From contig CACWLK010000005.1 of assembly GCA_902761715.1 (NCBI GenBank), forward strand, positions 17,038-81,037: a DNA stretch of 64,000 nucleotides. Direction: 5' to 3'. The translations under genes were made by a program, and so were the position numbers. The stretch comes from an uncultured Rhodospirillales bacterium. Its GTDB lineage: Bacteria > Pseudomonadota > Alphaproteobacteria > RF32 > CAG-239. Below are positions 49,685 to 59,892 of the stretch, piece by piece (position 1 is the stretch's first letter; each line of letters opens with the position of its first letter). Under the pieces are notes generated by a model. That model saw only the letters and a list, made by a program, of their open reading frames with translations. It was not told where the DNA came from and made no database searches.

Positions 49685-51529
49685 TTATTCAATTTGTTGC
49701 ATAAGTTCTTTCCATATCTGTGCGGGCAAGGTTCCGCCGCCGACATTTTTCATTGGGGAATTATTGTCATTTCCCAGCCATACGACAGCAGTATAGCCCT
49801 TTGCAAAGCCTGCAAACCAGGCATCTCGATAATCCTGAGATGTTCCGGTCTTTCCCGCCGCAAACCCTTGAAGTTGCGCTCTTTTGCCTGTTCCGGATTC
49901 CACAACTTTTTGCAACATGGCGGTAATTTTTTCTACACTTTCCGGACTTATAATACGTTGTTTTTCATCAGTAACGCGCTCATAGATTTTATATCCGTCT
50001 TTGGTATAAATTTCCGTAATTGAATAAGGCCAGTTTGCATACCCACCGTTAGAGATTGTTGAGTAAGCAACCGCCATATCAATCACCTTGACTTCCGAGC
50101 TTCCCAAAACCATTGCCGAACTGTTTTCAATCGGGGTGCTGATACCCATCTTATGAGCAAGACTGATAATCTTTCTTTTTGAAAACTTAGAACTCAAGTC
50201 AATTGTTGCCAAATTGAGAGAACGGCGAAAAGCATCGGTTAGGCTAACTTCACCGTAATATTTTTTATCATAATTTTCCGGTTTCCATTTTCCGACAGCA
50301 ACCGGCTTGTCCTCAATGATATCACTTGGCTTAAAACCGTTTTCAAGAGCCGCCAGATAAACAAACGTCTTAAACGAAGATCCCGGCTGACGTAAAGATT
50401 GTGTTGCCCGATTAAACTGGCTCTTGCTGTAATCAACACCGCCGACCATGGCTCTCACGGCCCCGCCGTTATCAATCACCACAATTGCCCCGTTTGTTAC
50501 GTTTTTATCACGATTCGCAGCGATGGTTTTTTGCAAAATTTCTTCTGCTGCTTTTTGTATTTTGCCGTCAAGTGTGGTATAAACATTTATATCCGTATCA
50601 CGCTCGCCGATGTAGGCATTAACCTCATTATAAACCCAATCACCAAAATATTTTCCGATGCCGAAATCATATTTATTGTTACCAATCGGCATTTTCAGCG
50701 CCTGTTCTTTTTGTGCCACAGAGATTTTTTTGTTGTTGACCATATTTTGCAAAACTACTTTTGCCCGATCAATGGCTCTTTCTCGATTCGATACCGGATT
50801 ATATCTTGCCGGTGCCTTCAAAAGTCCGGCCAAAATTGCCGCTTCCATCATATTTACATCATGCGACGACTTATGGAAAAACTTTTGCGATGCCGCTTCG
50901 ATTCCATAAGTTCCGGCGCCCATATACACGCGATTGAGATACAATGTCAAAATCTGATCTTTGGTAAAATGCTTCTCAAGCCAAAAAGCCATCAGCAGTT
51001 CTTGTACTTTTCTCCTGATACTTTTCTTCGGACTCAAGAACAGGTTTTTACTGACTTGTTGAGTAATGGTGCTTGCTCCCTGCACGTATCGGCGGTGGAT
51101 TAAATTAACCACCATTGCTCTCGAAAAACCGATGACATCAAACCCGAAATGCGAATAAAACCGCCGATCCTCGGTTGAAATTACGGCATCAACCACATAC
51201 TGCGGCAGGTCGTTTGCATAAACAATATCCGAATAAACACCGCCATACGATTCGATTTCTTGTCCGTTTTCGCTCAAAATTGTTGTTGCCGGCAACCTTG
51301 TTCGTTCAATTGATTTTTTAATGTTAGGCATTGTTAACCAACAATAAAACACATAAATTGCCACAATCAAAAACAATGCTGCAGCCAAAATCAACAGCGG
51401 TTTAACCCACCATCTTTTTTTGCCGTTTTTTTTGCGTTTAGTCTTTGTGCTCCGTGAATTTTTCTTCTTTTCTGGAGATTTCTTTGATGTGTTTTTCTTG
51501 GTGCTTTTTTTAGGTGTTTTTTGTGTCAT
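49685..51529 (-). CDS. class A penicillin-binding protein (transglycosylase/transpeptidase), compact form with a polybasic N-terminus
   Basis: It has GT51 motifs (ISTEDRRFYSHFG, RGASTITQQ) and transpeptidase motifs (SSFK, SNG, KTGT). The 40-aa Lys/Arg-rich cytoplasmic tail precedes the TM helix. Confidence 0.85.
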   Translation of the reverse strand: MTQKTPKKSTKKNTSKKSPEKKKNSRSTKTKRKKNGKKRWWVKPLLILAAALFLIVAIYVFYCWLTMPNIKKSIERTRLPATTILSENGQEIESYGGVYSDIVYANDLPQYVVDAVISTEDRRFYSHFGFDVIGFSRAMVVNLIHRRYVQGASTITQQVSKNLFLSPKKSIRRKVQELLMAFWLEKHFTKDQILTLYLNRVYMGAGTYGIEAASQKFFHKSSHDVNMMEAAILAGLLKAPARYNPVSNRERAIDRAKVVLQNMVNNKKISVAQKEQALKMPIGNNKYDFGIGKYFGDWVYNEVNAYIGERDTDINVYTTLDGKIQKAAEEILQKTIAANRDKNVTNGAIVVIDNGGAVRAMVGGVDYSKSQFNRATQSLRQPGSSFKTFVYLAALENGFKPSDIIEDKPVAVGKWKPENYDKKYYGEVSLTDAFRRSLNLATIDLSSKFSKRKIISLAHKMGISTPIENSSAMVLGSSEVKVIDMAVAYSTISNGGYANWPYSITEIYTKDGYKIYERVTDEKQRIISPESVEKITAMLQKVVESGTGKRAQLQGFAAGKTGTSQDYRDAWFAGFAKGYTAVVWLGNDNNSPMKNVGGGTLPAQIWKELMQQIE

Positions 51530-51580
51530 TTTTGCCTCTTGCGATTCGCTGGCAATATAACAAAAATAGGTTAAAAAAGC

Positions 51581-52255
51581 CTAACCTTTTATGCAAACAT
51601 CAGGTGCACGCAGGTACAATGGTTTTGGGTAGTCTAAAGCCTTTTTGGCATAACGATTCTCGCCACATTTTGCAAGTGCAACAATCGGAGGAATCTCTTC
51701 CATTTTTATAGCATGCAGGCTTAATCCCGACGGCTGACTCAAAAACCGCTCCACTCCGTCACCGCTGAAAGAAACCTTATGGTTTCGGAGCTGACTTATA
51801 ATATCTTCATATAACAGCGCTTGCGGTTCACAAATCGGTTTTTTGTGCTGATCAAAAGCTTGAAAATAAAAATCACTGCGTTTGGTCTCGATAATTATTG
51901 CATTGATTTCGGACAATTCTTCCGGCATCATATCTTCAATATATGCCTCAAAAGCCGAAACCCCAGTCAATCCGGCATTAGGGAGAGCCAACCCCAAAGT
52001 TCTGGCGGCAGACAACGACGAGCGTACTCCCGTAAAAGAACCCGGTCCCGTGCAAACGGTAATCAAATCAACATTATTAATAGTCAACTTGTTATCATCA
52101 AGAGCCTTTTTTATTGCCGGCATTAAAGCCTCAGCCTGACCGAAATCCATTCTTTGCACAGACTTTGCAATTGTCATACCGTCTTTGGTCAAAACAACCG
52201 AACAACTTTGAGCGGTGGTATCAAACGCTAAATTAATCATCTTTCTGTTTACCAA
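51581..52255 (-). CDS. tsaB: tRNA threonylcarbamoyladenosine biosynthesis protein TsaB (YeaZ)
   Basis: INLAFDTTAQSCSVVL...TGPGSFTGVRSSLSAARTLGLAL is present. Confidence 0.8.
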   Translation of the reverse strand: MVNRKMINLAFDTTAQSCSVVLTKDGMTIAKSVQRMDFGQAEALMPAIKKALDDNKLTINNVDLITVCTGPGSFTGVRSSLSAARTLGLALPNAGLTGVSAFEAYIEDMMPEELSEINAIIIETKRSDFYFQAFDQHKKPICEPQALLYEDIISQLRNHKVSFSGDGVERFLSQPSGLSLHAIKMEEIPPIVALAKCGENRYAKKALDYPKPLYLRAPDVCIKG

Positions 52256-52333
52256 TTTGTTTTTATAATTTACTTACGTTAGCATTAATTTATATTATAT
52301 ACATCAAAAATGACAATGTTTTTTTGAACGCTG

Positions 52334-54016
52334 ATGAGTAAAGAACTGCTTTTAAACATGTTTTATGCGGCGCCGGAACTGTGGTACACACTTCTGGCGT
52401 TGTTGATTGCATTGCTCGGTATTATAGGCTTTTTGTATTATACGATAGTAGGACTTCGCAACAAAAACTATTTTGTAAAACGCAACGAGGACCGTTATGC
52501 CGAAACAATGAACGCCTGCAAAGACGGATATTACATGTTTGTCTATCCTGATGACCGCATAAACGATCAGCAGCCGGTGGTTGAGTATTGTTCACGCCGT
52601 CTTGCCGTTGTTCTCGATTTACCCAATGGTATAAATTCCGTTCTCGCCGATGTATTACGCCTTTTTTATAAAGATGATGCTGAAAAAATTCGTAAATATA
52701 TTGCTCTACTGCGTGAAGACGGCGTTTCTTTTGAGGACAAATTTATGCTCAAGTCCGGCAAAAGTCTCAATTTGAGCGGTGCCAGAGTGAGCGGCGCCGA
52801 TGGCAGCATTTACGGAGACATAATCTGGTTTAGGGATGTTAGCGAAGAAAACTTTTATTTCAATAAGCTTGTTGAGGAACAAACCCGCCTTAAAGACAAA
52901 TTGATCAGGCTTGAGGATTTGGTTGATAACCTGCCTTATCCGGTTTGGCTGCGCAATGCTTCGCTCAATTTGGAACTGGTCAATAAAAAATACGTTGAAT
53001 TTGTAGACGGCGCCGACAAAAACGCAGTTGTTGCCGGCAATATAGAAATCGATAACGGTTCTGATGACAGCCAAATCAGACAATTGGCATCTTCAGCCCA
53101 AAACGACAATCGCCCTCACAGTTGCAACATAAGCCGCAATCGCGGAGGAAAACGTTTTTGCTTTGAGGCAATTGAAACACCTTTTCATAGCGAGGAAAGT
53201 TTAGACAAGATTGCCACGGTTGGTGCGTTGTATAACATCAGCGAACTTGACGAACTAAAGCATAATATCAAAGAAAATCAAAATGCAAACCTTGAAATTT
53301 TAGGCACTCTCGGAACAGCCTTTGCCGTGTTTAACAACAATTTTAAGCTGTCGTTTTATAATCAGGCATTCAAAACTCTTTGGCGCCTGGACGAAGAATG
53401 GCTTAACACCGGCATAACTTACGGCAACTTTTTGGACAATCTGCGTGAGCGCCGCCTTTTGCCCGAAGTACCCGATTATCCGTATTTCAAAAGTGAAGAA
53501 CAAAAAATGTTCGGAACAATTATTGAGCCCAAAGAAGATTTACTTCATCTGCCGGACGGTCGATCTCTGCGCCGTGTTCGTGCCCAATACCTTAAAGGCG
53601 GCATGGTTTTTGCTTTTGAAGATATATCCGACAGGTTGGCGGCAAGCCGAGAATATAACTCATTAATGAGCGTTCAGCAGGAAATTTTGAACAACATTGA
53701 AGAAGCGGTCCTGATTTTTGGCGGCAATGGTCGCCTGCGGCTGTATAATCAGGCGTATGTTGAACTTTGGAACGTCAAGCCCGAAGACCTTGATAACGAG
53801 CCAACTTTTAATGATCTTATTGAAATGCAAAAATCATTTTTCAGTGATGTTGCCGATTGGCGTAGCCTGAAAAAAGACATTGTAAAACATTTGTTCAGCA
53901 GCAATACCAAAACTTTCAGTCTGCGCCGCAGCAGCGGAGATATGGTTGAGTGCTTTTCAACCCTGCTTTCAAATGAATCTATTATGGTTTTAATGCGCAA
54001 ACTTCCGCTTGCTTAA
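52334..54016 (+). CDS. membrane-anchored multi-PAS-domain sensor-like protein lacking any recognisable output (kinase/GGDEF/HTH) domain
   Basis: 560 aa. It has an N-terminal TM segment and then at least three PAS-like repeats (LPYPVWLRNASL...; LGTAFAVFNNNFKLSFYNQAF...; EAVLIFGGNGRLRLYNQAY...). There is no H-box or HATPase motif. Confidence 0.5.
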   Translation: MSKELLLNMFYAAPELWYTLLALLIALLGIIGFLYYTIVGLRNKNYFVKRNEDRYAETMNACKDGYYMFVYPDDRINDQQPVVEYCSRRLAVVLDLPNGINSVLADVLRLFYKDDAEKIRKYIALLREDGVSFEDKFMLKSGKSLNLSGARVSGADGSIYGDIIWFRDVSEENFYFNKLVEEQTRLKDKLIRLEDLVDNLPYPVWLRNASLNLELVNKKYVEFVDGADKNAVVAGNIEIDNGSDDSQIRQLASSAQNDNRPHSCNISRNRGGKRFCFEAIETPFHSEESLDKIATVGALYNISELDELKHNIKENQNANLEILGTLGTAFAVFNNNFKLSFYNQAFKTLWRLDEEWLNTGITYGNFLDNLRERRLLPEVPDYPYFKSEEQKMFGTIIEPKEDLLHLPDGRSLRRVRAQYLKGGMVFAFEDISDRLAASREYNSLMSVQQEILNNIEEAVLIFGGNGRLRLYNQAYVELWNVKPEDLDNEPTFNDLIEMQKSFFSDVADWRSLKKDIVKHLFSSNTKTFSLRRSSGDMVECFSTLLSNESIMVLMRKLPLA

Positions 54017-54077
54017 TTATTTGACAAAGAGACCAATTTTTCTTACACTGATAACAGTAAAACTAAGGACGAAATGC

Positions 54078-55199
54078 ATGGACGACGATATTTTTTCTGA
54101 TCCTAAAGAAACACAAGACATCAAAGAAGATTCCAACATGGATTGGAAAAAAAGCGGCATTGACAAACATGAGCGCCTAACTCTTAAGGTCAATGTCAAA
54201 GAAGCCAACATGTATAACGCCAACAAAAAACGTGATACCAAACCTAAGGTCAAAGCTCGCACTCCGTTGGATATTCCTCAAGGGTTTAAGAGAGTTCGCA
54301 AAAAAATCAAAGATTCTTATGACGAGGAAGATGAAGACGATGCTGAATATATTTTAGTTCCGGTGTTTATGGACAAAGAGGTGTCTTCTCTTGAGTTAGC
54401 TCTCACTCCGCAGGAGAAAAAACAGCTTGAGCAGATGGAAAAACAGCAACCTGAAGACATTAACGCCCGTCAGGCTGTCGAACGTGATATTAATCTTCAA
54501 CGTGCAGAAAAAGTGCTTAAAAATGCCGGTCTTGAGGCTGACCGCAAAATTACCGAACAAAAACGTACCAAGACTGAAGACGTCAAAGCTAAAGATTTGG
54601 CTGAAGATAACCTTAAAAAACGTAAAAAACAAAAAGATAAGCCAATCAACAAAAAAGAAGAAAAACCGATAAAACCGGCAAAAGAATTGCCCAAGATTAA
54701 GGATGCCGAAACTAAAGAGGTCCGCAAAGCCATTATTGATGATGCCGAAAAAGAAAAGAAATCGGCGCAAAAAGAACTTGAAAAACAGCAACAGAAAAAA
54801 GAAGAAATCAACGCTGTAACCAAGGAAAAGGCAAACAAGCAAAAAGTTGAAGAACCGGAAAAACTCAAAGAAAAAGAGAAAGATACTGCGTCAGAAATGA
54901 TTCAGCAAAAAGAAAAACAGGAAAAAGCTGCTCAAAAAATAGAAACCGAAAAAGAAATTATACAGCCTGAACAGCAACAAGAAGTTTCCGAGCCCGAAAA
55001 GCGCGAGCTTGATGAAAAAACCGCCCGCCAAATCATACTTGAAAAGAGCGGGCGTACGGCAAGCCCGTCAGAACAGCTTGATACTGAAATATTGGAACAA
55101 CAGGCAGAAATAGAAAAGACCGAAAAAGAAATACAGGAAGAAGACGCTAGACAGCGCCAAAGCCAACTTATTATCAGCCGAAGCGGTCGTAGCCGTTAA
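54078..55199 (+). CDS. K/E-rich low-complexity charged protein (hypothetical)
   Basis: The start is assigned to the ATG with an AAGGA RBS at 8-nt spacing (MDDDIFSDPKE...). The upstream TTG at 54009 would overlap the previous gene. About 60% of residues are charged (EKEKK..., QQKEKQEK...). Confidence 0.5.
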   Translation: MDDDIFSDPKETQDIKEDSNMDWKKSGIDKHERLTLKVNVKEANMYNANKKRDTKPKVKARTPLDIPQGFKRVRKKIKDSYDEEDEDDAEYILVPVFMDKEVSSLELALTPQEKKQLEQMEKQQPEDINARQAVERDINLQRAEKVLKNAGLEADRKITEQKRTKTEDVKAKDLAEDNLKKRKKQKDKPINKKEEKPIKPAKELPKIKDAETKEVRKAIIDDAEKEKKSAQKELEKQQQKKEEINAVTKEKANKQKVEEPEKLKEKEKDTASEMIQQKEKQEKAAQKIETEKEIIQPEQQQEVSEPEKRELDEKTARQIILEKSGRTASPSEQLDTEILEQQAEIEKTEKEIQEEDARQRQSQLIISRSGRSR

Positions 55200-56432
55200 T
55201 TATACATATCCGAGGGTTTGGTTGTCGGTCTTAGTAAACAGCTTATCGACAATCTCTTCCATTTTATCATTTTCGGTTGATTCTATAATATATACAATTT
55301 TGTTTTCTCTCTCGGTCAGAGGCGTATTTATGCCGATATTGTCGTAATATTGCCTACTTTTCTGCGCCAGAATATCGGCTTTTTGGCGTTGTCCTTTTTC
55401 GGTGTACAGCACCGCCAACATCTTGTTTGCATTGGCAATTTGTTGCGTATAAATTCCCTCATCGGCAAGATTTAATACGTTTGAATAAGCCCATACAGCA
55501 TCATCAAATCTTTCCTTTTGAGTGTACATATCGCCGATTCTGCCCCATGCCGTAACATTACGCGGATTTAACTCTATTGCCAGCTCAAACGCTGCCGCCG
55601 CCAAATCTTTGTTTGTAAACGAGGCCAATGTGCCGAATATTGTTGCGCAATTAGATGTTTCGCACCATTTACGCTCCTTTTCCTCATTATCGGAAATGCC
55701 CTTGATTTTTGCGATGTTGTTATCAATCAAAGCTTCCAGCAATACCAAAGCCAAAGAACAGTCACCTTTTGCAATATGAAATATTGCCGCATTTTCTTGA
55801 GGCAAAATTTTATCGGTGTCAATTTTCTTAAACCGCCCGCTCAAGCACATATAGATAAAAAATTTTATGGCGGTAATTGTTTGGATAACCTCATCTTCGC
55901 TATTAAGATGTTGATTTTTATGCATTATTGTCTGTGAAATTTTGGGTTCATCGACACCTCGTTCCAACAAGTCAACAATCAGCCCAAACAACTGCTCAAG
56001 TTTTTGCGGTTTGAACCTGTATTGAAAAGCCTCGCCTGAGCGAATTTTGTCTGTTGCCGAAAAGCGCATCTCACGATTCCAGTCAAAATCAAACGCTTTT
56101 TCAGCGTCAATATCTTTACTTTTTGCAACCTCTTCAGACTCTGCGGTCAGTTCATCAAAATCATCAGGAATTTTGCGGTCAAGGCGTGTATCAATACCTT
56201 GCATTATCTCTTGCTCACGACGGTTTTGCTCTCGTATTTTATTTGCAATGCTTTTGAGATACCAAACAAATATTAAAATAAAAAACAATATGATTGAAAT
56301 CAAAAACATTGTAACAGCCAACAACTTATTGTTCGGCATAGATTCAACGTAAGCCGCTGCACTTTGGTACAGAGCCTCTGTTTTTTGGGTTAAAAGGAGC
56401 AGAATTTTCGAAAAATCAAAAATATTATTCAT
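55200..56432 (-). CDS. TPR-repeat membrane protein
   Basis: 410 aa with a TM helix near residue 45 and TPR-like helical repeats in the C-terminal half. It abuts the convergent K/E-rich gene with no gap. Confidence 0.55.
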   Translation of the reverse strand: MNNIFDFSKILLLLTQKTEALYQSAAAYVESMPNNKLLAVTMFLISIILFFILIFVWYLKSIANKIREQNRREQEIMQGIDTRLDRKIPDDFDELTAESEEVAKSKDIDAEKAFDFDWNREMRFSATDKIRSGEAFQYRFKPQKLEQLFGLIVDLLERGVDEPKISQTIMHKNQHLNSEDEVIQTITAIKFFIYMCLSGRFKKIDTDKILPQENAAIFHIAKGDCSLALVLLEALIDNNIAKIKGISDNEEKERKWCETSNCATIFGTLASFTNKDLAAAAFELAIELNPRNVTAWGRIGDMYTQKERFDDAVWAYSNVLNLADEGIYTQQIANANKMLAVLYTEKGQRQKADILAQKSRQYYDNIGINTPLTERENKIVYIIESTENDKMEEIVDKLFTKTDNQTLGYV

Positions 56433-56525
56433 TGTCGGCTCGCTATTGTTTACAAAAAGCTTTTTTCAATATATAAGACTATTATATCAGTTATTAAAAA
56501 ACAATAAAAAAGAAGATTCGCAACC

Positions 56526-57401
56526 ATGAGATATTTGGAAACCAAAAAACATCAGGCGCACATAAATACTTTTTTGCGATTTTTTACACTGATTTCGGCA
56601 CTTACAACGTTTTTAGCCTTTGGCAAAAACAACTTTGCGCTGGTGATCAACGAGTGGCGCTGGCAATTGTTTTTAGTATTGATAATATGCTTCGTTTACA
56701 CTGCATTTCGCCGTTTTTATGCCTATATGATCACATTTTTTGTGTTGTTAACGGTCAACTATTTTGCTGTCTCATCGGTTGCTACGCTTCATGCGTCGTC
56801 ACAAGACGGCACCTCGGTGCTTTTTGTTGACAACCACGATGACATGCCGAGCCTCTTTGATTTTGTTACTGCAGAATTACCGGATATTGTTTTTGTCTCA
56901 AAAGTAGATTCGTTATCATTTCCACGTCCTGGCGAAATTCCCGAACAATACACTTTTTTGCACTCCGCAAATAGTGAAAATTCCGGCTTTATGTTGTCTC
57001 GTTTGGGTATAGAACAATCCGGTCGCATAAACATCGGCGGTACTTATGCTGATTTTGTAAAAACAAACGATGAAGCAAAAGGCGTAATTTACGTTGCGGT
57101 AGATTTTTCAGAGCTTTCTTTTCCGCAAATCAGAACCGCTTTAAACAATCTCTCGACATTTGTAGCCGAGCAGGATAATCCGGTTGTTGTGTTTGGCAAC
57201 TTTAACGCTGTTGCCTGGTCTGCGCCGATGAGTAAGTTTATTTTTAAGAACAATCTGACCGTCAAAAACGGTTTATGGGACAATTTGCGCAATATCATCA
57301 TTCCGCAACATTACTATATTTTAGCTTATGAAAAAAGTAATGTTGCCGGTTCAATCATGGTAAACGGTCTAAATTCTTTTCCGATATTTACCAGATTTTA
57401 G
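56526..57401 (+). CDS. membrane protein with a degenerate endonuclease/exonuclease/phosphatase (EEP)-like domain
   Basis: It has 3-4 N-terminal TM helices. VVVFGNFNAVAWS resembles the EEP GDFN block. The assignment is weak. Confidence 0.4.
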   Translation: MRYLETKKHQAHINTFLRFFTLISALTTFLAFGKNNFALVINEWRWQLFLVLIICFVYTAFRRFYAYMITFFVLLTVNYFAVSSVATLHASSQDGTSVLFVDNHDDMPSLFDFVTAELPDIVFVSKVDSLSFPRPGEIPEQYTFLHSANSENSGFMLSRLGIEQSGRINIGGTYADFVKTNDEAKGVIYVAVDFSELSFPQIRTALNNLSTFVAEQDNPVVVFGNFNAVAWSAPMSKFIFKNNLTVKNGLWDNLRNIIIPQHYYILAYEKSNVAGSIMVNGLNSFPIFTRF

Positions 57402-57453
57402 CTTTTTACTGCTTATATCTAAACAAAAATAGTTTAGTAAGGACAGTCGCAAA

Positions 57454-59892
57454 ATGAGTATTTCCAAATTAAAAGCAAGTCAATTGTACACGGTATGCAA
57501 CCCGCAAAAGTTTGATTTTACGACCACCGCAGAGCTTGAGGAAAGAATGTCGGCTCTCGGACAGGACCGTGCAATCAGCGCAGTTGAGCTTGGCATCAAC
57601 ATCAAATCAAAAGGCTATAACCTCTTTTGTTTGGGGCCTGAAGGAACCGGTAAAACCAGCTTGGTTAAAAGAATTCTTGAGGAGGAATCTAAAAAACGCC
57701 CGACACCTTGCGACTGGGCTTACGTTTATAATTTTGACGAGCCGTATAAACCGCACAGCATAAGTTTTCCTGCCGGAAAAGCTTGTGAATTTGCCAAAGA
57801 CGTCGACAAATTGATTGAAGACTTCAGCGTTGCAATTCCGGCTGTTCTCGAAAGCGATGAATACAAAGCTGGTATCAGCATTATTCAGGAAAAATACAAA
57901 CACAAAAAGGACGAATATTTACGCATTTTGCAAAAGAAAGCCAAAGGCAAAAGCGTGTCGTTGTTACATATGCAGGTTGGACTTGTTGTTGCGCCGGTCA
58001 AAAACGGAGAAGTTCTGAGCCCTGAGGTTTTTGACAGTCTGCCCGAGGACGAAAAAAAGCAACTTTTAAGCGACCTCAATATGATGCAGGAAGAAATCGA
58101 AAAAGTAGCCAAAGACCTGCCGGAGTGGGAAGACAGACAACGTCGTGAACGTAATCTTTTGCGTGAGAAATTTATTAAAATTGCCGTAAAAAATCCGATT
58201 GATACTCTGCGCCAAAAATATAAAGGTTATCGTGAGGCCAATGAATTTCTTAAAAACATTCAAAACCATATTACATCGAATATAGACGATTTTCTGCCTG
58301 CCGAGAGCGAAAACAATTCTCCTTCCGGAGAAGAGGACGCATTATCAATGCTGTTGTCCAAAATGAACCGTCAGGAAGAAGACAAATTTGCCAAATTTAA
58401 GGTCAACGTAATTGTTAAAAACGAACCTGATTCCGGCGCTCCGATTGTCCATCTCGACCACCCGACACAAGGCAATTTGGTCGGACGAGTTGAGCGCATT
58501 CAACAATATGGTGCGTTGTTAACCGACTTTACCTTAATCAAAGCCGGCGCTTTACATCGTGCCAATGGCGGTTTCTTGCTGATTGATGCCCGTAAGCTCT
58601 TACTTCAGCCGTTTGCATGGGATTCTCTCAAACGTGCATTAGCATCAAAAAGCATAAAAATTGAATCTCCGGGAGAAGAAACCAGCTTTACTACTATTTC
58701 GCTTGACCCCGAACCAATCCCCTTGGACGTAAAGGTTATTTTAACCGGCGATGAAGAACTTTATGACCTGTTGTCTGAACGTGATCCTGATTTCTGTGAC
58801 TTTTTCAAGGTTGAAGCCGATTTCGGAACCATTATGGACCGCAACGACAGTAACGAAATTGAATATGCCAAATTGATTGGCTCGCTTTCTAACAAAAAGA
58901 AACTGCGCAGCCTCAACAAGCAAGCCGTTGCCCGTGTAATTGAACACTCATCTCGTCTTGCCGATGATTCCAAAAAACTCACCGCTCATATTGCCTCAAT
59001 CGGTGATTTATTGCGTGAGGCTGATTATTGGGCTCGCAAATCAAACTCTAAGCAAATCGGCAAAAAACACATTGATATGGCAATTGATGCCCAAATTTAT
59101 CGTAGCGATCGTATCAAACAGTCCATGCTTGAGCAGATCGATGATGGTACTATTTTAATGGATATTAAAGGTTCAAAAGTCGGACAAATCAATGGACTGG
59201 TTGTTTACAACTTCTCTCGTTTTTCATTCGGCAAGCCGGCTCGTATTACTGTTCAGGCTCGTATCGGTAACGGAGAGTTCGTCAATATTGAGCGTGAGAC
59301 CAACATGAGCGGTCCGATCCACACCAAAGGCGTACTGATTTTGCAATCACTCATTGCCAATCGCTTTGCCAAAAACTCCCCATTATCACTATCTGCATCA
59401 ATTGTATTTGAGCAGTCTTATGGCGGTGTTGACGGAGATAGCGCTTCATCGACGGAATACTATTGTTTGCTGTCGGCAATTGCTAACATTCCGATCAAAC
59501 AAAACATTGCGGTAACCGGCTCAATTAACCAATTCGGAGATATCCAGCCGATTGGCGGAGTTAATGAAAAGATTGAGGGTTTCTTTGATGTCTGCAAACA
59601 TCGTGGTCTAACCGGCGATCAAGGGGTAATTATTCCTCGCACAAACATTGGCAATCTAATGCTGCGTGAGGACGTTATTAATGCTGTAAATGAGGGCAAA
59701 TTCCACATTTATGCCATTGATAATGTTGATGACGGTATAGAAATTTTGACCGGTATAAAAGCCGGCAAGCCCAACGCCAAAGGCGAATTTCCAAAAGGCA
59801 CAATCAACTGGCAGGTAAAACAAAGCTTAGACCGATTGTACGAGCTCTATGCTAAATATGCCAAAGAAACCTTTGGTCGTATCAGCTGCTAA
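57454..59892 (+). CDS. Lon-like ATP-dependent protease (AAA+ plus Lon C-terminal Ser-Lys proteolytic domain, COG1067/LonC-like)
   Basis: 812 aa. It has the Walker A LGPEGTGKTS, a large helical insert, and a C-terminal Lon protease domain with the catalytic Ser in GGVDGDSASS and a downstream Lys. Confidence 0.75.
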   Translation: MSISKLKASQLYTVCNPQKFDFTTTAELEERMSALGQDRAISAVELGINIKSKGYNLFCLGPEGTGKTSLVKRILEEESKKRPTPCDWAYVYNFDEPYKPHSISFPAGKACEFAKDVDKLIEDFSVAIPAVLESDEYKAGISIIQEKYKHKKDEYLRILQKKAKGKSVSLLHMQVGLVVAPVKNGEVLSPEVFDSLPEDEKKQLLSDLNMMQEEIEKVAKDLPEWEDRQRRERNLLREKFIKIAVKNPIDTLRQKYKGYREANEFLKNIQNHITSNIDDFLPAESENNSPSGEEDALSMLLSKMNRQEEDKFAKFKVNVIVKNEPDSGAPIVHLDHPTQGNLVGRVERIQQYGALLTDFTLIKAGALHRANGGFLLIDARKLLLQPFAWDSLKRALASKSIKIESPGEETSFTTISLDPEPIPLDVKVILTGDEELYDLLSERDPDFCDFFKVEADFGTIMDRNDSNEIEYAKLIGSLSNKKKLRSLNKQAVARVIEHSSRLADDSKKLTAHIASIGDLLREADYWARKSNSKQIGKKHIDMAIDAQIYRSDRIKQSMLEQIDDGTILMDIKGSKVGQINGLVVYNFSRFSFGKPARITVQARIGNGEFVNIERETNMSGPIHTKGVLILQSLIANRFAKNSPLSLSASIVFEQSYGGVDGDSASSTEYYCLLSAIANIPIKQNIAVTGSINQFGDIQPIGGVNEKIEGFFDVCKHRGLTGDQGVIIPRTNIGNLMLREDVINAVNEGKFHIYAIDNVDDGIEILTGIKAGKPNAKGEFPKGTINWQVKQSLDRLYELYAKYAKETFGRISC

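Noticed and set aside
54078-55199. Possible DNA-level tandem repeat or CRISPR-like array in the aaagaa-rich region
   Set aside because: The periodicity is codon-level low complexity (GAA/AAA/CAG codons of a K/E/Q-rich protein) in a single long ORF. There are no regularly spaced direct repeats with unique spacers, and I found no CRISPR array anywhere in the window.
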